NCBI GenBank assembly: GCA_004431415.1
Contig: QPMI01000189.1
Location: forward strand, 1-64,000
Length of the DNA stretch: 64,000 bases
Origin: Cyanophora paradoxa CCMP329
Lineage: Eukaryota > Plantae > Glaucophyta
Direction of reading: 5' to 3'
Shown here: one piece after another, positions 10,985-22,191 of the stretch
Numbering within the stretch: the stretch's first letter is position 1
Layout of the letters: every line of letters begins with the position of its first letter
Made by a program: the position numbers and the translations under genes
Notes under the pieces: generated by a model
What the model saw: the letters and a program-made list of their open reading frames with translations, nothing else
Told to the model about the DNA's origin: nothing
Databases searched by the model: none

Positions 10985-12672
10985 TCACTCGTTCTTCTTG
11001 AGGCGGGAGCGGTACCACCAGAGGCCGCCGCCGACCAAGAGGGCCGCCGCCGCCAGGGAGCCGAGGACGGCGCCGACGATGAGGCCGACGCGGGAGGAGC
11101 CGGCGGGGGCGGGCAGCGCGTAGTCCGCAAAGTCCACAAAGCGCCGCTCCAGCCCTGCGCGCGCCGCCTCGGGCGGGTGCTGCCGGGCGCGAGGGGCCGG
11201 GGCGGGCACCGGAGGAGGCCGGCTCGAAGCCGCGGGCGCCGCCCGGGGGGAGCATCATGGCCTCGATGTAGAGGCGGCCGCCGGCGAAGAACTCGTCGGG
11301 CAGCGCCGCGATCTCCAGCTCCGCCTCCGCCGCCTCCAGCCCCAGCGCCATCTCCGGCGTGAGCGCCACCGAGCGCACCCCCTGCGCCCCGCGAGCGCCC
11401 GTCGGCGGACGCGGCCGCCGACGCGTACGGGGCGGGGGCGGCACGGTAGTGTCGGTGAGGAAGCGCCAGTTGAAGGCCTTGAAGCGGACCGCCAGCTCCA
11501 CCGGTCGATCCGAGATCGAGAAGCCGGCGCCCGTGCCCGCCCAGTACTGCCGGCCGGAATCAGCCGCGGGGCCGGGGCGAGGCGTGCGCGGGGCGCACGG
11601 TGAGGTTCCGGCGAGCCGACGCGTAGAGAGCGGAGCTGACGTAGCGGGGCACCTGCGCAGGGGCCTCGGGAGGCGGGGCGCGGGGTTCGGCGGGCACGCG
11701 CACCGTCGCTCGCTCGGGCTCGAGGAAGTCGCACTTGAGGCGCGCGGAGAGGCGCAGCGGGGAGGCCTGCCGCGAGGGGAGGAAGACGCAGGGCGGGTCG
11801 CCGTCCAGCTCGGGCCGGTACCGCGGCGAAAGCGCCGCCTCCTCCGTGCACGCCGGCTGCTCCACGGGTCAGAGACGAGCGCGCGTTGCCCGTGCGCCGC
11901 ACGCGCCTGCTCGAACTGCATGCCGCATGCGAAGCGGCGGTAGCCCTCGCAGAGCAACCCATATCGATCCACCCCGCAGATGCAGGCAAAGCCCGGTTGC
12001 TGCGCGGAGACGCGTCCGCCTCGTTGGCTTAGGATTCGCCGAAGGGCGGGGAGGGCGCACCGTCGTATTCGTGCAGTTGTTGATCAGGATCGGCCCTCTG
12101 TCTAGGGTCGCGTTTGCGGAAGCTGTGCCGTTCGCGAGGGTCGAGTTGAGGGCAGTCGAGGTGAGGACGGTCGACGTCGAGTTGAGGGCGGTCGAGTTGA
12201 GCGAGGTGGAGTTTAGAGACGTGGAGTTGAGCGCAGTCGCGTTCGCGGCCGTGGAGTTGCTGACTGTGGCGTTCGCGGCAGCGGAGGGGCTCGGGGTCGC
12301 TGTCGGGCTCGCCGAGGGGCTGGGCGAGGGGATTGGGCTGAGAGTTGGGCTGGACGAGGGGGTCGCTGCTGGCGTGGGGGGGGGCTGCGTTCCGTTCAGC
12401 GCTGTGGAGTTGGAAGCGCGCGTGGCATTGATGCGCTGTAAGTACTCCGACTCCGTGACAGTGCGGCCGTCGCAAACGTAGCGGGGAACTGTGATGTTTA
12501 CTCTGATGCCGCTAAAGCATGGCGACCTCTGCTGCGCGTCCGACTGGGCAGCGACGACGAGGAGGAGAAGAGCGGCGAAGGGAAGAGAGAGCGCTCGTGT
12601 ATGCCACTGCAGATGTATCAAGATGCCACCCGCACCGCCCTGCACCGCTCGTATTCGCCCCCGCGGTCTCAT
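10985..12672 (-). CDS. Type I membrane glycoprotein with signal peptide, N-glycosylation sequon array, Cys-containing ectodomain and C-terminal TM helix
   Basis: ALSLPFAALLLLVVAAQSDA signal-like segment; PSPSPS and NST(A/S)L repeats; TM VGLIVGAVLGSLAAAALLVGGGLWWY followed by RSRLKKNE*. Confidence 0.7.
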
Positions 12673-12878
12673 CGCCTGTAAGCCAACCTCGCCTACACCA
12701 ATCTCCGGATGCACACAGCGGTCTTACTGTACGCAGCGTTCCTCTTTCACTCGCAGGCGCAGCCGCGCGACGCAGCTAGGGCGGAAGCGGGGGGGGAGGG
12801 GGCGAGCCGGGTACGCTGAACCTGCCAGCCGTCCTCGACCAGATGTCAGGCGTGTGCGCGCGGCCCCTTGCGCTGCGC

Positions 12879-15045
12879 ATGGCGTGGAGGAGGTATACAC
12901 TTTCGTCCGCCAGCGCGGCCGCGTTCCCGACGGCGCGGTCCTTCCTCGAAGCGCGGCGGCTCGGCGCCGGCAGCGCTGCGGGCCGCGCCGTGCTGTGCCA
13001 TCTACCACGTTGGCCAAACGCCGGTTCGCCGCCACGGAGCACGGTCGCCCGCATTTAACTTGCCGCCGCGCAGCGCCCAGCCTCCGCGCATACAGCGCCG
13101 GCGCCGCTGACAATGCGACGGCTAAAATCAACAGCGTCGCACAGTGCGCCTGCCCCCGCACGCTGCCGGCCCTCTCTCACTTTGAGCCCAGGCGGGCATT
13201 TCTGCAGGAGCGTGCGATGCTATCGAACGCGCAGATCGACGAGCTGCTCAAAGAGCATCCGACAACGCTTGATTTCGACGTAGCCTCCGCTGGCCGCGTG
13301 CTGGACCTGTTGGAGGGCGCATGCACTTCCCGCGTCGAGGGCCAGAACGTCGTCGCCCTGCAGGGGCTAGATTCCGAGGCGAGCCCCGCGCGTGTGGTCA
13401 AGCGGGCGCCATTGACGCCGCGCGCGCGTGCACGCAGGCGTCGGCGGTGGGGCGGGCGAAGCACTCGGAGCGGGAGGCGGCGGGGCGGGCGAAGCGGCTG
13501 CACACGTTCATCCGCCACCGGCTGCACAAGCGGGAGCCCGAGCAGATCGTGGAGCGGCTGGAGGCGCTGCGGGAGGTCGCCGGGGAGGCCGGCCTCGCGG
13601 CCATCCTGCGCGTGCAGCCGTCGCTCCTCGTCTTCACCCCCGAGGGCGTCTGGCGGATGGTCGAGCAGCTCAAGGGCGCCGGCTTCACCGCCGAGCAGAT
13701 CCAGCGCCTGGCGCGCACGGGCCCCAAGGCGATGGTCCACGCCCGCTCCCTCGGCGAGCGCCTCGCGCGCCTCGCCGAGGCCCTCGGCTGCTCCGAGGCG
13801 GAGGCGCGGGAGCGCGGGATCGACTCCCCGCAGCTCCTCTGGCTCAAGGTCGACACCAACATCAAGGCCAAGGTACAGGGCCTCCGCGCCCTCGGTCCGC
13901 CCGCCCTCCCCCCGCCGCCCCCACCCGTGCGGGGGCGCGCCGTGCGGGGCCGCGTGCGAGGGGCCGGGGGGGGGGCAGGGTTCGAGGCGGGGCAGGTGGA
14001 GCGGATCGCGCGGGGCTGGAACTTCGGGACCGCCATCGAGAGCGTCGCCGCCATGGTCGACGCCCTCGCCTCCGAGCTCTTCGCCCCGCCCCGCCCCCCC
14101 GCCGGCCCCGCCCGGCCCAGGCCCCCCGGGGCGGCGGCGCCCTCCGAGGAGGCGCGGGCGGCCGCGCGCGCCTTCCTCGCCGCCCACCCGATGCTGCTCG
14201 AGCGGCGCGTCGGGACGCTGCTCGAGAACGCGCGGCGGCTGCGCGGGGCCCTCCCGGCGCCGACCCCGCCGCCTTCGCCCTCGCCCTCACCCGCGACCCC
14301 GACGCCATGCGCGCCCGCCTCGAGGGTCTGCCCCCGCCGCCCCCGACCCGCCGCGCCCCGCCGGGGCGGCTGAGGCGGGCGGGGCGGGGCCAGGGCTGCG
14401 GGCGCTGGGGCTGGAGGAGGAGGAGATCGGGCGGGGGGAGGACCTGCTGGTCTCGAGCTGGGAGGCGCGCGTGGTGCCGCGCCTCGTCGCCCGGCGCCTC
14501 TTCGGGCTCGAGGGGCGCCTCAAGAGCGCCCACTCGCTCGTCAAGTCCTACACCGACGCCCGCCTCGCCGCCCGCCTCGGCCTCGCCCCGGAGGCCTACG
14601 CCCGCTTCGTTCGCTCCTGCGCCTTCCTCCTCCGCGCCGGCGTCCCCGCCCCCGCCCTCTACGCCCTGCCCCTCCCCGCCCTCGACGCCGGCCCCCGCCG
14701 CCTCCACGCCGAGCTCGCCGCCTTCCGCCGGGACACCCCGCGCGCCGGCGAGGCCACCGGCGAGGCCTTCGCCGCCCGCCTCGCCTCCCTCTTCGGCGCC
14801 CAGCGCCCGCCCCCGCCCGCCCCTGCCCCGGGGGAGCCCCCGGGCTCGCCCTGGTGCGAGAAGTGCCTCGCGGAGGGTGCCTCGCCCCTGCCCCCCCATG
14901 CGCGGGGCGGCCGGGCTGAGAGGCGGGGGCAGGACGGCGGCGGAAGCGGGCGCGCAGGGCGGGGCCGGGTCCGGCCGGGGAGCGGGAGCTGCTGCCCCTC
15001 TGCCGCAAGTGCGCCGCCGCGGCCGAGGCGGGCGTCCCCGCTTGA
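12879..15045 (+). CDS. mTERF-like helical repeat protein, probably organelle-targeted, with C-terminal CxxC...CxxC
   Basis: Repeats such as ELLKEHPTTL, AILRVQPSLLVFTPE, DSPQLLWLKVDTNIKAKVQGLRALGF and FLAAHPMLLERRV match mTERF motif spacing; Arg/Ser/Ala-rich N-terminus. Confidence 0.7.
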
Positions 15046-15147
15046 GCCCCCTCCCCCCCCTCCCGCGCCCCCTCCCGCGCCCCTCTCCTCCACAACCACG
15101 GCGTCGTCGAAGAGATCGAGAAGGGAGGGTCGGGGGCGGGCGGGGTG

Positions 15148-17106
15148 CTAGAGGCGCGGGGAGTAGAGGAGGAGGCGGGCGTCGAGGCCGCCGGAGGCGA
15201 GGAGGGGGAGGTGCGGGTGGAAGGCGACGGTGAGGGCCCCGCTCTCGTGCCGGTTCAGCAGCGCGAGGGCGAGCTGCCGGCGCGCCACGCTGAAGAGGCG
15301 CACGCCGTTCGCGTAGGGCGACGCCACCAGCCGCCCGCACCCCGAGAAGCACGGCTCCTTGATGAAGTCCTGCCCCCGCCCCGCCCCGCCCCGCGCCGGG
15401 TCGATCCGCAGGGAGGGAGGCGGGGGGCGTGCGCGGGGGCGCACGGGGTAGGTGTCGGAGTCGGCGAACTCGAAGAGGAGGCGGTCGGGGAAGGCGCGGG
15501 CGTCGGGCTGCGGGGGCCGGCGCGGGGCGGGGTGGAGGGGCGAGAGGTCCCCCGCCATGTCGTACACCGCGCACGTCGCCCGCCCCTCCACCCCCCGCCG
15601 CACCCGCACCTCCCGCACCCCGTCCCCCTCCTCCCCCTCGTCACCCGCCCCCGCCCCGGAGGGCCCCGGGCCGTCTCCGTGGGCGTCGGGGGCGGGCTCG
15701 GGGCCGGCGAGCTCGAGGTCGGCGCCCTCGTCGGAGCGGGCGAGGAGGAAGCGGCCGCTCGGGTCGAAGGCGAGGGAGCTCACGTAGCCCCGCGCGTGCT
15801 CCCGCACGATCTCCACCCGGTTCCGCGCCCCGCACGCCGCCGCCAGCACCCGGCCCCGCCGCTCCTCCCCGCCCGCCCCCGCCCCCGCGCCCCGCCGCCC
15901 GGAGCCGGACCCCGCGGGCCCGCGCGCCCGCTTGCTCGCCCGCCGCGCCGGGGCCGCCTCTGCAGAAGCGGCTGCGGCCGGTGGCGCGGCTGGTGCTGCT
16001 GCGGCGGCGGTGGCGGCGGCGGCGCGGGCGTGGCGGACAGTGGAGCGGAGGAGGCGGGGGAGGGCAGTCGGGGGGCAGTGGAGGGCGGCGAGGTCGCGGG
16101 GGCGGGCGAGGAAGGAGCGGAAGTCGAAGTCGAAGACGAGGGCGAGGTGCCCCGTCGCGAACCCGTGCTGGAACGCCACCGCCAGCACGTCCTTCCCCGG
16201 AGAGAGCCGCATCCGCGAGAGCCCTGCGCCCCCGCCGTCGCCCCGGCTGCCGGCGGGGGGCGGGGTCGGGGCGGGGCGGGGCGGGGACCGGCGTTGGCGT
16301 AGACGACGTTGCCCTCGCCGCTGTCGGCCTCGTTGTCGGCGTTGAGGTCCCAGAGGCGCACCGTCCCGTCGAACCCGCTCGAGAGGATCACGCTCTCCGT
16401 CAGCTTCTCGCACGACTGCGCCCCCGCCCGCCTCAGCCCCGCCCCTCGTCCTGGGGCGGCGCGCGCGCGCGCCTTGACCCAGGCACGGTGCCCGCGGAGC
16501 TTGGCGATGTGGCGGGAGGGGCCGACGGCGCGCGCGTCCCACACGCGGATCACGCAGTCCTCGCCCCCCGTCACGAAGACGTGCTCGTTCATCCACCGCC
16601 TGCGCGGGCGCCGGCCCCTGAGCCGAGAGCAGGTCGCCAGGCGCGGCCTCGGGCGGGCGCACGCGACGGCGATGCCATCGTCGTGGGCAGGCACGTCGCA
16701 GATCACCTTCCCCGTGGTCCCTGCGCGCGTCGACGTCGGCAGCGGCTTCGCAAGGGCCATGGCCAGGGGAAACACGCAGCGCGCACCAGCGTAGAGCTGA
16801 AAGCGCCCACTCTCTCCAACAGAAACGAGAAGCGAACCAGACGGACTGAACTCGCCTAAGCAGCAGGGTCAGTCGCCGCTGCGCGGCCGACGGCACAGTC
16901 GATTAGTAGTACGCAACAGTTGTAGATAGCGCCGCGGCGCTCGAAGTTCGGCTGTGTGGGCTCCTTGTCAAGCTTAGAGAACAGGGACTCGGACCAGTCA
17001 TTCGTCGCTGCACGAGGTTCGTCAGTGCGAGCGAAGCTGGAGCGCTCCCCGTCGCACCGCGCAGCCCGAGCTCGCGGGCCCGCAGATGGCGCAGCGCGCC
17101 GCTCAT
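15148..17106 (-). CDS. DCAF10: DDB1-CUL4-associated WD40 protein DCAF10/WDR32-like
   Basis: WD repeats VFVTGGEDCVIRVWDAR, LRGHRAWVK and ILSSGFDGTVRLWDL; the C-terminus DFIKEPCFSGCGRLVASPYANGVRL...LLASGGLDARLLLYSPRL resembles the DCAF10 C-terminus. Confidence 0.75.
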
Positions 17107-17385
17107 CCCTCGCGCCGGACCGCGGCTTAAGGCCCCACAGCGGCTAACATGTATACGTGCACGGCCCGATCGAGGAGCGCCCGATCTGCTTGCTGTCGAG
17201 CGTCGCTGCCGTGAGCCCGAGACGAAGCTGCTGCGCACGCAGGCAGTTTGTGGCAAAATATTGTGCGGCCGCCGGGGTACGCGGGCGAACAGCGCGAAGC
17301 ATGAGCGGCGCGTACGTACTCATAAGCGGCATAAGCATCGGCGTACGTCCGTGAGCGCGTGAGCGTCACCGCGGGAGGGCGCGCG

Positions 17386-19864
17386 ATGGCGCCCGAGCGC
17401 AAGCCGTCGGCGTCAGACAGCAGAGAGCGCACCGGGGAGACAGGGAGCGGGCCAACGGAGCGCTCGCCACTTCTCAGAGACAAAGCAGAGCCCCGCACGG
17501 TGCTGCTCCTCTCGCGCTCCGTCTCCGGGCCCTGCGCGGTATGTGACGAAAAGCAGCGATGGGAGCGTCTCATCCGCGAGATACAAAAGGACTCCAAGCT
17601 CCTCGGATACCTTGTGTTGATGATTTTCGTGCGTGGTCGGCGCCCGGCCGTCGTGCGAAGCGAAGAGTATCGCCCGCGGCGCTTATCACCTTCCGGCCCG
17701 AGCAGTTCGGCTCGGTTAACCGAATTACATTCAAGCTCATGCTTGACTCGATGAAGAACTGTGCGTCGCTGTTTATGATGCTCTCCGCCCGGTCCCTGAC
17801 GCACCGCGCAGACCCCTTCTTTCTGAATCAGCTCACATCGTGCGCATACGCGCCCTGGAAATGGACTCGTATACGTAGCTAACGGCGCGTTTTACCCTCC
17901 TACAGCTTTGTCTACCTTCCCATCTTTTTCAGCTGGGTGCGTTTCAAATTCTTCTGGCTCGCGCGCGCTGTACATGTCGGCGGGGCGCCGGCCGACGCGG
18001 GGCGGCGGTCGATGTCGCCGGCCGATGCGGGGCGGGGCGCGCGCAGTGCTGGTCGCAGATGTACATGGGCAAGTTCCCGATGGAGCAGACGCGCTTCCCC
18101 AAGCGCCGCTTCCTCATCATGGGCCTCCTGGACGCAGTCCAGGTGCGCCCGCCAGCCGCAGAGGCGGCGCGCGCCGCGCGGTGGCGAGCCGGGCGGTGCG
18201 CAGGGTGTGTGCGTGACATTCGCTGGGAGCGCTGTCTCGCTGGCGATGCAGCCCCTCCTCGGGCAGGGAATAATCCCAACCACAATGTTGCTCTCGTGCG
18301 CCGGGCGGGCGACGGGCGGGCGGCGGGGGGGCGAGCGCGGGGCCCGGGGCGGCGCAGGTACATCTTCCTGAAGGTGCGCTTCCGGCTGCTGCAGTACGCC
18401 GGCGCCCTCACCATCTTCGCCGGCATCGTGCGCCCCGCCCCGCCCCGCCCCGCCCTGCCTCGCATCGGGCCGCTGAGGGCGCCCAGGTGGTCTCGCTGTA
18501 CCCTGCGCTCTCGGCGGGGCCGGCGGGGGGCTCGGGGGCCGGCTCCCGCGCCCTCTTCTTCGAGATCCTCTTCTTCTGCGGGAAGCGCGCGCGGCCCCGC
18601 CTCGTGGCGCGCTGCGGGGGCTCAGGGGGCGGGGGGCAGCATCCCCTCGGCGCTCTCGACGGTGTACAAGGAGATCGTCTTCAAGGAGGACGACATCGAC
18701 GTCATGCGAGCGCCCCCCGCCCCGCCCCGCCCCGCCCCGCCCTCACCCCCGCCCCCCCCTCCACGCAGGTACATGGTCCGCCCCGCGCACCCTCCCCGCG
18801 CCGGGCCCCGCGCCGCCCCGGCAGGTCAGCGACGGGGCGGGGCGGCAGAACGCGTACGTGGCGTTCTTCCAGTTCCTGCTGGGCGTCCTCTCGGCGCCCC
18901 TCGCCGTCGCCATGGACGACTCCGGTGCCCCGCCCCCGCCTTGGCCCCTCCGCCGCCCCGCCCCCGCGGCCGACGCCCCGCCAGGCACCCTCACGATGGC
19001 CGGCATCCCCCGGCACCTCTGGCACGCCCTTTCTGCTGTCCTCCTCGCGCCGCGCTGAGGGCGGGGCCGGGGGCAGGCAGGGGACGCTCTGCTTCGTGCT
19101 GGAGCGGGACAGCACGCCGGGGGACGCGTGCGGGGCCGGCCTGGGGGCCCGCGCGAGCGGCGTCCTCTACATGGCTGTGAACATTTTCTATAACATCCTC
19201 CTCCTTCTCGTGCTGAAGTACAGCTCGGCCACCCTCCTCTACGTCGCCTCCAGTGCGCCCCGCACCCCCGCCCTGCCCGCCCCCCCGCCGCATTCCGTTC
19301 GCGCGCTGAGCGCGCCGCGCGGGCGGCAGCGGTCATCCTCCCCCTCGTCTCCCTCTGCTCCGCCTCCCAGCGCCTCATGGGGCCCTCCGCCCGGCCCCTC
19401 TCCGCATGTGCGCCCCCGCCCCGCCCCGCCCGGCCCTCCGCCCGACGGGGCCTCGCTCAGATGACGTGGGCGGGCTCGTGCTGATCCTGGGCGGCCTGGC
19501 GATGTACCGGGCGGTGCGGGAGGGGGTGGCGGGGGCGGAGGCGGCGGCCTCGGACTCGGAGGGCGAGGAGGAGCGGGAGCGCAGCGCCGTGCGGCACGAG
19601 ATCTCCTTCGCCGCCCCCTCGAGCCTCGCCCTCGCCCCCTTCGGGCGCCTCCCCCCCGCCCCCTTCCTCAAGCCCCGCACCGTCGAGAGCATCCGCAACT
19701 CGTACTTCCGGCGCGTCGGCATCGTGCACCCCACCAGCCCGCCCCTCCGGCCCACCCCCGCCACCCCTCCTTCCGGCCCCCTGCCCCCGCTTTCCGCTGG
19801 CCGCCCCGGCCCCAGCGCCCCGCCTCTCGCAGGCCTCCCTTCCCAGACGCGACCCAGGCCTTGA
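17386..19864 (+). CDS. CRT-like (chloroquine-resistance-transporter family, DMT superfamily) transporter
   Basis: FGSVNRITFKLM, YPFFLNQL, FPKRRFLIMGLLDA, QPLLGQGIIPTTMLLS, IPSALSTVYKEIVFK, NAYVAFFQ, NIFYNILLLLVLKYSSATLLYVAS. Confidence 0.85.
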
Positions 19865-20426
19865 GCAGCGGGCCCCGCGCTTGCGTTTCCCGCCTCGCTC
19901 GCGGCAGCTGCCAATTCCTGGCCTGGCCCCTCCACATTCCCTCGGTGTTGACGTCGATTCGACTCGGGTTGCGACCTTCAGGCCTGCAGCTGCAGCTGGC
20001 CTGAGGCTCGCACTCGGCAGCTTGCAATTGCAAAGCGCTAGCCGGCGCCACAGCTGCTTCGAATTCGATCGACTCGGTGATATCGATCGCGATGCACGCC
20101 CGGGGCCGTGACGTGCGCATGCAGCTGCGCAGTCACGTGTACGTACGTATACGCGTACACGTTGGCATGCACTGTTCTAGACCTAGCTACGCACTGTGAC
20201 AGGTCCCTAGGCCTGGGTAGCGCTGTTCTCGCTTATCAGCCAGCCGGATGTACTTCGATCAGGCCCCATTTTTGGACAACAGGTATTAAATTGAAACAAA
20301 GCTCAAAAGAAACAAGGGAGGAGTCTTCCTCCCGATATCGATCGCGGTAAGTTGCGCGCTGTCTGGAAAGCACCCAAGGGAAGGGGGCGGATGGGGCGGG
20401 GGAGGAAAAAGAGGGGTGGGGGGGGC

Positions 20427-22146
20427 CTACAAGACGAGGCGGACGGGGTTGATGGGCTCCATGGTTTGGGTGGAGGGGGGCCTGAAGCCGGCCGGGGACT
20501 CGAGGGTTGGGTCGTGCGAGAGGGGCGCGTTCGGGTCCAGCAGGCGCTTGTACTGGAGCGTCGCGCTCGCCGCCAGCTGCTCCGGGTTCATTGGCATCAT
20601 CGCCCCCATGTCCGGCATCTGAATCTCGTAGTCCCTGCGCGCGCGCCCCCCTGCGTGAGCCCGGCCCGCCGCGAGCGGCGAGGGTGCCCGGGGCGCACGA
20701 GGAGGGCATGGATGTGCAGCAGACGACGAAGCAATTCCTGCAGGCGCCGAGGTTCCACGGGTTCTTTTTGTAACGGTACTCGTTCTTGATCTCCTCGTTC
20801 GTCGTCTGGTTGATGCAGACGAGGTAGGCGTGGAAGAGCGCAAGGGACGCGACGAAGCCGAAGGCGAGGAAGCAGAAGACGATGAGGCAGCTCCTGCGCG
20901 CCCGCGCCGCCGTCAGGCCCCGCAGGCGTTCCAGGACCTTCGCTGAAAAGGATACTCACGCGGCAATCTCGTGCCACGCAGCGTAGAGCACGTTGCGCGC
21001 TCCGCCGCCGAGCTCCTCGTTCCTCTGGATGAGACGGATGAGGGAGAGCGTGAAGACGTAGACGCAGAGCGACGTCGTCGTCCACAGAAACCAGACAAAG
21101 TATCTGTAGTTCTTTCGGCCGACACAGTTGCCGACCCTGCGGTCAGGTCAGACTCCACCGGACCTTGAAGCGCCCGCTGCGCGGACCAGGGGCAGTGGTG
21201 GTCGAAGCGCTCGACGCAGTTGTTGCAGCTCCTGCAATGCTTCGTGCGTGGCGGGCGGTACAGTTCGCAAGTGACTACGACCGCAGCGATCAGCGCAAAG
21301 CGGGATTGCGACGAAGGCGCAGGGCGCACCGCAGAACTTGAGCTTGACAACCTGGCCGTTGACCACAGCCTCCTGGTACATCTGATTGCGCGGAATAGTA
21401 GTCGATGTAGCAGCGCCACCTTCGACACGCAGTCAAGGGGTGTGGACCGGGGTCCGTTAGCACGCAGGAAAGCGGACCGTCGAATGCGGGAGTCATGCCC
21501 TCGTAGGCGGCAGCAACCGATTCGAAGCCCGGTATGCCAGGAACTCCGATCGGCGGCAGCGTGCCGCCAGTCTTCGCCACAGCGAGAGCGGCGCGGGCGG
21601 TCTCCACATCGAACTCCCCGCCAGCGGTCTCAGGCTTTGCTGCTGGCGTTGCTATCTGCTGTCTAGCATCCAGATATGCCTTCCGCACGATTCCAGGCTC
21701 CTGGAAAGAGGTCCGAAGAAGAAGGATGAGGACGATGATGGTGCCGCCGATGCCGACGTACAGACTCCAGAACGGCCCGAGTCGAGGAGCAAGTCTCCAG
21801 CCACTGCGCAGCCGAAACGCGTCGGAAACCGCGGGAGGCAGATCTGCGGCTGGCGGCGGGAGGCCGATGACAGCCGACGGAGCTATTACGCACACGAACA
21901 AGTGAAAGATCACACTGGGGATGCAGATAAACGAAATCGTGAGCAGCAGGCTCTTCGTATCGGGGCCTGCCAACTTTTCAGCGAAAACGCCAAAACGGCG
22001 AGCTAGCTCTGCTCTTACCCGTTATAATGAGTCCATTGCAGAAGAACTTGTTGCGCCCGACCAGCTGCCCCCGGCAGGCCGACATCGCGGCGCGCGCCCG
22101 CGCTGTGCTGGTGGCGAACTACCCCCCTCGCGAAAGGAGTACCCAT
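20427..22146 (-). CDS. DHHC palmitoyltransferase (ERF2/ZDHHC9-like)
   Basis: [14 protein letters not shown]|[35 protein letters not shown]|[22 protein letters not shown]...NPWN. Confidence 0.92.
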
Positions 22147-22191
22147 CGCCGCAGTGCTGCTTCACCGTGCAAGCAGCCCACAGACTCTGAG

